A DNA stretch of 64,000 bases from Eledone cirrhosa (Eukaryota): contig OZ024741.1 in the NCBI GenBank assembly GCA_964016885.1, positions 248,868,001 through 248,932,000 of the forward strand, given 5' to 3'. Under the pieces are notes generated by a model. That model saw only the letters and a program-made list of their open reading frames with translations. It searched no databases and was not told the DNA's origin. Shown here piece by piece: positions 52,001 through 63,074 of this stretch. Every line of letters begins with the position of its first letter. Positions within the stretch are counted from its first letter, which is position 1. Position numbers and translations under genes: made by a program.

Positions 52001-55000
52001 TCCAAGGGGAGATAATTTCCAGCCGTCCAAGGGGAGATAATTTTTTAAAAAAAATCAGGCGGAGATAATTTGTAAACAAAAATCAGGGGGAGATAATTTG
52101 TAAAAAAAAATCAGGGGGAGATAATTTGTAAAAAAAAATCAGGGGGAGATAATTTGTAAAAAAAATCAAGGGGAGATAATTTCCAGCCGTCCAAGGGGAG
52201 GTAATATCTAGCCATCCAAGGGGAGATAATTTCCAGCCGTCCAAGGGGAGATAATTTCCAGCCGTCCAAGGGGAGATAATATCCAGCCGTCCAAGGAGAC
52301 ATATTTTCCAGCCGACCAAGGAGAGGTAATTTCTAGCCGTCCAAGGGGAGATAAGTTCCAGCCTCCAAGGGGAGATAATTTCCAGCCAGCCAAGGGGAGA
52401 TAATTTGTAAAAAAATCAGGGGGAGATAATTTGTAAAAAAAAAATCAGGGGGAGATAATTTGTAAAAAAATCAGGGGGAGATAATTTGTAAAAAAAAAAT
52501 CAGGGGGAGATAATTTGTAAAAAAAATCAGGGGGAGATAATTTGTAAAAAAAATCAGGGGTAGATAATTTGTAAAAAAAATCAGGGGGAGATAATTTGTA
52601 AAAAAAATCAGGGGGAGATAATTTGTAAAAAAAATCAGGGGTAGATAATTTTCAGCCGTCCAAGGGGAGATAATTTCCATCCTTCCAAGGGGAGATAATT
52701 TCCAGCCGTCCAAGGGGAGATAATTTCCCGCCAGCCAAGGAGAGATAACATTTAAAAAAATCAGGCGGAGATAATTTGTAAAAAAAATCAGGGGGAGATA
52801 ATTTGTAAAAAAATCAGGGGGAGATAATTTGTAAAAAAAATCAGGGGTAGATAATTTCCAGCCGTCCAAGGGGAGATAATTTCCATCCTTCCAAGGGGAG
52901 ATAATTTCCAGCCGTCCAAGGGGAGATAATTTCCCGCCAGCCAAGGAGAGATAATATTTAAAAAAATCAGGCGGAGATAATTTGTAAAAAAAATCAGGGG
53001 GAGATAATTTGTAAAAAAATCAGGGGGAGATAATTTGTAAAAAAAAATCAGGGGGAGATAATTCGTAAAAAAAATCAGGGGGAGATAATTTGTAAAAAAA
53101 AATCAGGGGTAGATAATTTGTAAAAAAAAATCAGGGGGAGATAATTTGTAAAAAAAAAATCAGGGGGAGATAATTTGTAAAAAAATCAAGGGGAGATAAT
53201 TTCCAGCCGTCCAAGGGGAGATAATTTTCAGCCGTCCAAGGAGAGGTAATTTCTAGCCGTCCAAGGGGAGATAATTTCCAGCCGTCCAAGGGGAGATAAT
53301 TTTTTTAAAAAAATCAGGCGGAGATAATTTGTAAACAAAAATCAGGGGGAGATAATTTGTAAAAAAAAATCAGGGGGAGATAATTTGTAAAAAAAAATCA
53401 GGGGGAGATAATTTGTAAAAAAAATCAAGGGGAGATAATTTGTAAAAAAAAATCAGGGGTAGATAATTTGTAAAAAAAAATCAGGGGGAGATAATTTGTA
53501 AAAAAAAAATCAGGGGGAGATAATTTGTAAAAAAATCAAGGGGAGATAATTTCCAGCCGTCCAAGGGGAGATAATTTTCAGCCGTCCAAGGAGAGGTAAT
53601 TTCTAGCCGTCCAAGGGGAGATAATTTCCAGCCAGCCAAGGGGAGATAATTTGTAAAAAAATCAGGGGTAGATAATTTGTAAAAAAAAATCAGGGGGAGA
53701 TAATTTGTAAAAAAAATCAGGGGGAGATAATTTGTAAAAAAAATCAGGGGGAGATAATTTGTAAAAAAAATCAGGGGTAGATAATTTTCAGCCGTCCAAG
53801 GGGAGATAATTTCCATCCTTCCAAGGGGAGATAATTTCCAGCCGTCCAAGGGGAGATAATTTCCCGCCAGCCAAGGAGAGATAACATTTAAAAAAATCAG
53901 GCGGAGATAATTTGTAAAAAAAATCAGGGGGAGATAATTTGTAAAAAAATCAGGGGGAGATAATTTGTAAAAAAAATCAGGGGTAGATAATTTCCAGCCG
54001 TCCAAGGGGAGATAATTTCCATCCTTCCAAGGGGAGATAATTTCCAGCCGTCCAAGGGGAGATAATTTCCCGCCAGCCAAGGAGAGATAATATTTAAAAA
54101 AATCAGGCGGAGATAATTTGTAAAAAAAATCAGGGGGAGATAATTTGTAAAAAAATCAGGGGGAGATAATTTGTAAAAAAAATCAGGGGGAGATAATTTG
54201 TAAAAAAAATCAGGGGGAGATAATTTGTAAAAAAAATCAGGGGTAGATAATTTGTAAAAAAAAATCAGGGGGAGATAATTTGTAAAAAAAAAATCAGGGG
54301 GAGATAATTTGTAAAAAAATCAAGGGGAGATAATTTCCAGCCGTCCAAGGGGAGATAATTTTCAGCCGTCCAAGGAGAGGTAATTTCTAGCCGTCCAAGG
54401 GGAGATAATTTCCAGCCGTCCAAGGGGAGATAATTTTTTAAAAAAAATCAGGCGGAGATAATTTGTAAACAAAAATCAGGGGGAGATAATTTGTAAAAAA
54501 AAATCAGGGGGAGATAATTTGTAAAAAAAAATCAGGGGGAGATAATTTGTAAAAAAAATCAAGGGGAGATAATTTCCAGCCGTCCAAGGGGAGGTAATAT
54601 CTAGCCATCCAAGGGGAGATAATTTCCAGCCGTCCAAGGGGAGATAATTTCCAGCCGTCCAAGGGGAGATAATATCCAGCCGTCCAAGGAGACATATTTT
54701 CCAGCCGACCAAGGAGAGGTAATTTCTAGCCGTCCAAGGGGAGATAAGTTCCAGCCTCCAAGGGGAGATAATTTCCAGCCAGCCAAGGGGAGATAATTTG
54801 TAAAAAAATCAGGGGGAGATAATTTGTAAAAAAAAAATCAGGGGGAGATAATTTGTAAAAAAATCAGGGGGAGATAATTTGTAAAAAAAAAATCAGGGGG
54901 AGATAATTTGTAAAAAAAATCAGGGGGAGATAATTTGTAAAAAAAATCAGGGGTAGATAATTTGTAAAAAAAATCAGGGGGAGATAATTTGTAAAAAAAA

Positions 55001-58000
55001 TCAGGGGGAGATAATTTGTAAAAAAAATCAGGGGTAGATAATTTTCAGCCGTCCAAGGGGAGATAATTTCCATCCTTCCAAGGGGAGATAATTTCCAGCC
55101 GTCCAAGGGGAGATAATTTCCCGCCAGCCAAGGAGAGATAACATTTAAAAAAATCAGGCGGAGATAATTTGTAAAAAAAATCAGGGGGAGATAATTTGTA
55201 AAAAAATCAGGGGGAGATAATTTGTAAAAAAAATCAGGGGTAGATAATTTCCAGCCGTCCAAGGGGAGATAATTTCCATCCTTCCAAGGGGAGATAATTT
55301 CCAGCCGTCCAAGGGGAGATAATTTCCCGCCAGCCAAGGAGAGATAATATTTAAAAAAATCAGGCGGAGATAATTTGTAAAAAAAATCAGGGGGAGATAA
55401 TTTGTAAAAAAATCAGGGGGAGATAATTTGTAAAAAAAAATCAGGGGTAGATAATTTGTAAAAAAAAATCAGGGGGAGATAATTTGTAAAAAAAAATCAG
55501 GGGGAGATAATTTGTAAAAAAATCAAGGGGAGATAATTTCCAGCCGTCCAAGGGGAGATAATTTTCAGCCGTCCAAGGAGAGGTAATTTCTAGCCGTCCA
55601 AGGGGAGATAATTTCCAGCCGTCCAAGGGGAGATAATTTTTTTAAAAAAATCAGGCGGAGATAATTTGTAAACAAAAATCAGGGGGAGAGAATTTGTAAA
55701 AAAAAATCAGGGGGAGATAATTTGTAAAAAAATCAAGGGGAGATAATTTCCAGCCGTCCAAGGGGAGATAATTTTCAGCCGTCCAAGGAGAGGTAATTTC
55801 TAGCCGTCCAAGGGGAGATAATTTCCAGCCGTCCAAGGGGAGATAATTTTTTTAAAAAAATCAGGCGTAGATAATTTGTAAACAAAAATCAGGGGGAGAT
55901 AATTTGTAAAAAAAAATCAGGGGGAGATAATTTGTAAAAAAAAATCAGGGGGAGATAATTTGTAAAAAAAATCAAGGGGAGATAATTTGTAAAAAAAAAT
56001 CAGGGGTAGATAATTTGTAAAAAAAAATCAGGGGGAGATAATTTGTAAAAAAAAAATCAGGGGGAGATAATTTGTAAAAAAATCAAGGGGAGATAATTTC
56101 CAGCCGTCCAAGGGGAGATAATTTTCAGCCGTCCAAGGAGAGGTAATTTCTAGCCGTCCAAGGGGAGATAATTTCCAGCCAGCCAAGGGGAGATAATTTG
56201 TAAAAAAATCAGGGGTAGATAATTTGTAAAAAAAAATCAGGGGGAGATAATTTGTAAAAAAAATCAGGGGGAGATAATTTGTAAAAAAAATCAGGGGGAG
56301 ATAATTTGTAAAAAAAATCAGGGGTAGATAATTTTCAGCCGTCCAAGGGGAGATAATTTCCATCCTTCCAAGGGGAGATAATTTCCAGCCGTCCAAGGGG
56401 AGATAATTTCCCGCCAGCCAAGGAGAGATAACATTTAAAAAAATCAGGCGGAGATAATTTGTAAAAAAAATCAGGGGGAGATAATTTGTAAAAAAATCAG
56501 GGGGAGATAATTTGTAAAGAAAATCAGGGGTAGATAATTTCCAGCCGTCCAAGGGGAGATAATTTCCATCCTTCCAAGGGGAGATAATTTCCAGCCGTCC
56601 AAGGGGAGATAATTTCCCGCCAGCCAAGGAGAGATAATATTTAAAAAAATCAGGCGGAGATAATTTGTAAAAAAAATCAGGGGGAGATAATTTGTAAAAA
56701 AATCAGGGGGAGATAATTTGTAAAAAAAAATCAGGGGGAGATAATTTGTAAAAAAAATCAGGGGGAGATAATTTGTAAAAAAAATCAGGGGTAGATAATT
56801 TGTAAAAAAAAATCAGGGGGAGATAATTTGTAAAAAAAAAATCAGGGGGAGATAATTTGTAAAAAAATCAAGGGGAGATAATTTCCAGCCGTCCAAGGGG
56901 AGATAATTTTCAGCCGTCCAAGGAGAGGTAATTTCTAGCCGTCCAAGGGGAGATAATTTCCAGCCGTCCAAGGGGAGATAATTTTTTTAAAAAAATCAGG
57001 CGGAGATAATTTGTAAACAAAAATCAGGGGGAGATAATTTGTAAAAAAAAATCAGGGGGAGATAATTTGTAAAAAAAAATCAGGGGGAGATAATTTATAA
57101 AAAAAATCAAGGGGAGATAATTTCCAGCCGTCCAAGGGGAGGTAATATCTAGCCATCCAAGGGGAGATAATTTCCAGCCGTCCAAGGGGAGATAATTTCC
57201 AGCCGTCCAAGGGGAGATAATATCCAGCCGTCCAAGGAGACATATTTTCCAGCCGACCAAGGAGAGGTAATTTCTAGCCGTCCAAGGGGAGATAAGTTCC
57301 AGCCTCCAAGGGGAGATAATTTCCAGCCAGCCAAGGGGAGATAATTTGTAAAAAAATCAGGGGGAGATAATTTGTAAAAAAAAAATCAGGGGGAGATAAT
57401 TTGTAAAAAAATCAGGGGGAGATAATTTGTAAAAAAAAAATCAGGGGGAGATAATTTGTAAAAAAAATCAGGGGGAGATAATTTGTAAAAAAAATCAGGG
57501 GTAGATAATTTGTAAAAAAAATCAGGGGGAGATAATTTGTAAAAAAAATCAGGGGGAGATAATTTGTAAAAAAAATCAGGGGTAGATAATTTTCAGCCGT
57601 CCAAGGGGAGATAATTTCCATCCTTCCAAGGGGAGATAATTTCCAGCCGTCCAAGGGGAGATAATTTCCCGCCAGCCAAGGAGAGATAACATTTAAAAAA
57701 ATCAGGCGGAGATAATTTGTATAAAAAATCAGGGGGAGATAATTTGTAAAAAAATCAGGGGGAGATAATTTGTAAAAAAAATCAGGGGTAGATAATTTCC
57801 AGCCGTCCAAGGGGAGATAATTTCCATCCTTCCAAGGGGAGATAATTTCCAGCCGTCCAAGGGGAGATAATTTCCCGCCAGCCAAGGAGAGATAATATTT
57901 AAAAAAATCAGGCGGAGATAATTTGTAAAAAAAATCAGGGGGAGATAATTTGTAAAAAAATCAGGGGGAGATAATTTGTAAAAAAAAATCAGGGGGAGAT

Positions 58001-58811
58001 AATTTGTAAAAAAAATCAGGGGTAGATAATTTGTAAAAAAAAATCAGGGGTAGATAATTTGTAAAAAAAAATCAGGGGGAGATAATTTGTAAAAAAAAAT
58101 CAGGGGGAGATAATTTGTAAAAAAATCAAGGGGAGATAATTTCCAGCCATCCAAGGGGAGATAATTTTCAGCCGTCCAAGGAGAGGTAATTTCTAGCCGT
58201 CCAAGGGGAGATAATTTCCAGCCGTCCAAGGGGAGATAATTTTTTTAAAAAAATCAGGCGGAGATAATTTGTAAACAAAAATCAGGGGGAGAGAATTTGT
58301 AAAAAAAAATCAGGGGGAGATAATTTGTAAAAAAAAATCAGGGGGAGATAATTTGTAAAAAAAATCAAGGGGAGATAATTTCCAGCCGTCCAAGGGGAGA
58401 TAATTTCCAGCCGTCCAAGGGGAGATAATATCCAGCCGTCCAAGGAGACATATTTTCCAGCCGTCCAAGGAGACGTAATTTCTAGCCGTCCAAGGGGAGA
58501 TAAGTTCCAGCCTCCAAGGGGAGATAATTTCCAGCCAGCCAAAGGGAGATAATTTGTAAAAAAATTAGGGGGAGATAATTTGTAAAAAAAAATTAGGGGG
58601 AGATAATTTGTAAAAAAAAATCAGGGGGAGATAATTCGTAAAAAAAAATCAGGGGGAGATAATTTGTAAAAAAAATCAAGGGGAGATAATTTCCAGCCGT
58701 CCAAGGGGAGATAATTTTCAGCCGTCCAAGGAGAGGTAAATTGTAGCCGTCCAAGGAGATATAATTTCCAGCCGTCCAAGGGGAGATAATTTCCAGCCGT
58801 CCAAGGGGAGA
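40030..58811 (+). repeat. Tandem higher-order duplication, unit 9391 bp (2 near-identical copies)
   Basis: ORFs from 40100 to 49202 each have a partner exactly 9391 bp downstream. Private variants are duplicated: CCGTACAA, AAGTCAGG, GGCGTAGA, TTTATAAA and TGTATAAA. Confidence 0.95.
41250..46040 (+). repeat. Nested tandem duplication, unit 2393 bp, followed by a related third copy about 2547 bp further on; the whole structure is repeated at +9391
   Basis: ORF offsets 41697/44090, 42692/45085 and 43080/45473 are 2393, and 44090/46637 is 2547. Confidence 0.9.
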
Positions 58812-58879
58812 TAATTTCCAGCCGTCCAAGGGGAGATAATTTTTTAAAAAAAATCAGGCGGAGATAATTTGTAAACAAA

Positions 58880-61800
58880 AATCAGGGGGAGATAATTTTT
58901 AAAAAAAAATCAGGGGGAGATAATTTGTAAAAAAAAATCAGGGGGAGATAATTTGTAAAAAAAATCAAGGGGAGATAATTTCCAGCCGTCCAAGGGGAGG
59001 TAATATCTAGCCATCCAAGGGGAGATAATTTCCAGCCGTCCAAGGGGAGATAATTTCCAGCCGTCCAAGGGGAGATAATATCCAGCCGTCCAAGGAGACA
59101 TATTTTCCAGCCGTCCAAGGAGAGGTAATTTCTAGCCGTCCAAGGGGAGATAAGTTCCAGCCTCCAAGGGGAGATAATTTCCAGCCAGCCAAGGGGAGAT
59201 AATTTGTAAAAAAATCAGGGGGGAGATAATTTGTAAAAAAAATCAGGGGGAGATAATTTGAAAAAAAAATCAGGGGGAGATAATTTGTAAAAAATATCAA
59301 GGGGAGATAATTTCCAGCCCTCCAAGTGGCTATAATTTCCAGCCGTGCAAGGGGAGATAATTTCCAGCCGTCCAAGGGGAGATAATTTCCATCCTTCCAA
59401 GGGGAGATAATTTCTAGCCGTCCAAGGGGAGATAATTTCCCGCCAGCCAAGGGAAGATAATTTTTTAAAAAATCAGGCGGAGATTGTAAAAAAAATCAGG
59501 GGGAGATAATTTGTAAAAAAATCAGGGGGAGATAATTTGTAAAAAAAAAATCAGGGGGAGATAATTTGTAAAAAAAAATCAGGGGGAGATAATTTGTAAA
59601 AAAAATCAGGGGTGATAATTTGTAAAAAAAATCAGGGGTAGATAATTTGTAAAAAAAATCAGGGGGAGATAATTTGTAAAAAAAATCAGGGGGAGATAAT
59701 TTGTAAAAAATCAGGGGTAGATAATTTTCAGCCGTCCAAGGGGAGATAATTTCCATCCTTCCAAGGGGAGATAATTTCCAGCCGTCCAAGGGGAGATAAT
59801 TTCCCGCCAGCCAAGGAGAGATAACATTTAAAAAAATCAGGCGGAGATAATTTGTAAAAAAATCAGGGGGAGATAATTTGTAAAAAAAATCAGGGGTAGA
59901 TAATTTTCAGCCGTCCAAGGGGAGAAAATTTCCATCCTTCCAAGGGGAGATAATTTCCAGCCGTCCAAGGGGAGATAATTTCCCGCCAGCCAAGGAGAGA
60001 TAACATTTAAAAAAATCAGGGGGAGATAATTTGTAAAAAAAAATCAGGGGGAGATAATTCGTAAAAAAAAATCAGGGGGAGATAATTTGTAAAAAAAAAT
60101 CAGGGGTAGATAATTTGTAAAAAAAAATCAGGGGGAGATAATTTGTAAAAAAAAAATCAGGGGGAGATAATTTGTAAAAAAATCAAGGGGAGATAATTTC
60201 CAGCCGTCCAAGGGGAGATAATTTTCAGCCGTCCAAGGAGAGGTAATTTCTAGCCGTCCAAGGGGAGATAATTTCCAGCCGTCCAAGGGGAGATAATTTT
60301 TTTAAAAAAATCAGGCGGAGATAATTTGTAAACAAAAATCAGGGGGAGATAATTTGTAAAAAAAAATCAGGGGGAGATAATTTGTAAAAAAAAATCAGGG
60401 GGAGATAATTTGTAAAAAAATCAAGGGGAGATAATTTGTAAAAAAAAATCAGGGGTAGATAATTTGTAAAAAAAAATCAGGGGGAGATAATTTGTAAAAA
60501 AAAATCAGGGGGAGATAATTTGTAAAAAAATCAAGGGGAGATAATTTCCAGCCGTCCAAGGGGAGATAATTTTCAGCCGTCCAAGGAGAGGTAATTTCTA
60601 GCCGTCCAAGGGGAGATAATTTCCAGCCAGCCAAGGGGAGATAATTTGTAAAAAAATCAGGGGTAGATAATTTGTAAAAAAAAATCAGGGGGAGATAATT
60701 TGTAAAAAAAATCAGGGGGAGATAATTTGTAAAAAAAATCAGGGGTAGATAATTTCCAGCCGTCCAAGGGGAGATAATTTCCATCCTTCCAAGGGGAGAT
60801 AATTTCCAGCCGTCCAAGGGGAGATAATTTCCCGCCAGCCAAGGAGAGATAACATTTAAAAAAATCAGGCGGAGATAATTTGTAAAAAAAATCAGGGGGA
60901 GATAATTTGTAAAAAAATCAGGGGGAGATAATTTGTAAAAAAAATCAGGGGTAGATAATTTCCAGCCGTCCAAGGGGAGATAATTTCCATCCTTCCAAGG
61001 GGAGATAATTTCCAGCCGTCCAAGGGGAGATAATTTCCCGCCAGCCAAGGAGAGATAATATTTAAAAAAATCAGGCGGAGATAATTTGTAAAAAAAATCA
61101 GGGGGAGATAATTTGTAAAAAAATCAGGGGGAGATAATTTGTAAAAAAAAATCAGGGGAGATAATTTGTAAAAAAAATCAGGGGGAGATAATTTGTAAAA
61201 AAATATCAGGGGTAGATAATTTGTAAAAAAAAATCAGGGGGAGATAATTTGTAAAAAAAAACTCAGGGGGAGATAATTTGTAAAAAAATCAAGGGGAGAT
61301 AATTTCCAGCCGTCCAAGGGGAGATAATTTTCAGCCGTCCAAGGAGGTAATTTCTAGCCGTCCAAGGGGAGATAATTTCCAGCCGTCCAAGGGGAGATAA
61401 TATCCAGCCATCCAAGGGGAGATAATATCCAGCCGTCCAAGGAGACATATTTTCCAGCCGTCCAAGGAGAGGTAATTTCTAGCCGTCCAAGGGGAGATAA
61501 GTTCCAGCCTCCAAGGGGAGAAAATTTCCAGCCAGCCAAGGGGAGATAATTTGTAAAAAAATCAGGGGGAGATAATTTGTAAAAAAAATCAAGGGGAGAT
61601 AATTTCCAGCCGTCCAAGGGGAGGTAATATCTAGCCATCCAAGGGGAGATAATTTCCAGCCGTCCAAGGGGAGATAATTTCCAGCCGTCCAAGGGGAGAT
61701 AATATCCAGCCGTCCAAGGAGACATATTTTCCAGCCGTCCAAGGAGAGGTAATTTCTAGCCGTCCAAGGGGAGATAAGTTCCAGCCTCCAAGGGTAGAAA

Positions 61801-63040
61801 ATTTCCAGCCAGCCAAGGGGAGATAATTTGTAAAAAAATCAGGGGGAGATAATTTGTAAAAAAAAAATCAGGGGGAGATAATTTGTAAAAAAATCAGGGG
61901 GAGATAATTTGTAAAAAAAAAATCAGGGGGAGATAATTTGTAAAAAAAATCAGGGGGAGATAATTTGTAGAAAAAATCAGGGGTAGATAATTTGTAAAAA
62001 AAATCAGGGGGAGATAATTTGTAAAAAAAATCAGGGGGAGATAATTTGTAAAAAAAATCAGGGGTAGACAATTTTCAGCCGTCCAAGGGGAGATAATTTC
62101 CATCCTTCCAAGGGGAGATAATTTCCAGCCGTCCAAGGGGAGATAATTTCCCGCCAGCCAAGGAGAGATAACATTTAAAAAAATCAGGCGGAGATAATTT
62201 GTAAAAAAAATCAGGGGGAGATAATTTGTAAAAAAATCAGGGGGAGATAATTTGTAAAAAAAATCAGGGGTAGATAATTTCCAGCCGTCCAAGGGGAGAT
62301 AATTTCCATCCTTCCAAGGGGAGATAATTTCCAGCCGTCCAAGGGGAGATAATTTCCCGCCAGCCAAGGAGAGATAATATTTAAAAAAATCAGGCGGAGA
62401 TAATTTGTAAAAAAAATCAGGGGGAGATAATTTGTAAAAAAATCAGGGGGAGATAATTTGTAAAAAAAAAATCAGGGGGAGATAATTTGTAAAAAAAATC
62501 AGGGGTAGATAATTTGTAAAAAAAAATCAGGGGGAGATAATTTGTAAAAAAAATCAGGGGGAGATAATTTGTAAAAAAAATCAGGGGTAGATAATTTCCA
62601 GCCGTCCAAGGGGAGATAATTTCCATCCTTCCAAGGGGAGATAATTTCCAGCCGTCCAAGGGGAGATAATTTCCCGCCAGCCAAGGAGAGATAATATTTA
62701 AAAAAATCAGGCGGAGATAATTTGTAAAAAAAATCAGAGGGAGATAATTTGTAAAAAAAAAATCAGGGCGAGATAATTTGTAAAAAAAAATCAGGGGGAG
62801 ATAATTTGTAAAAAAAAATCAGGGGGAGATAATTTGTAAAAAAAATCAGGGGTAGATAATTTGTAAAAAAAATCAGGGGGAGATAATTTGTAAAAAAAAT
62901 CAGGGGGAGATAATTTGTAAAAAAAATCAAGGGGAGATAATTTGCAGCCGTCCAAGGGGAGATAATTTTCAGCCGTCCAAGGAGAGATAATTTCTAGCCG
63001 TTCAAGGGGAGATAATTTCCAGCCGTCCAAGGGGAGATAA
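58880..63040 (+). repeat. Dispersed copy of about 5620-9200 (offset about 53263-53265, then 53867 after an extra about 604 bp)
   Basis: ORF offsets 5742/59007, 7394/60657, 8000/61263 and 8924/62791. Shared private variants: a 23-bp CCAAGGAGGTAA monomer, AAGGGTAGAAAATTT and AAATATCAGGGGT. Confidence 0.88.
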
Positions 63041-63074
63041 TTTTTAAAAAAAAATCAGGCGGAGATAATTTGTA

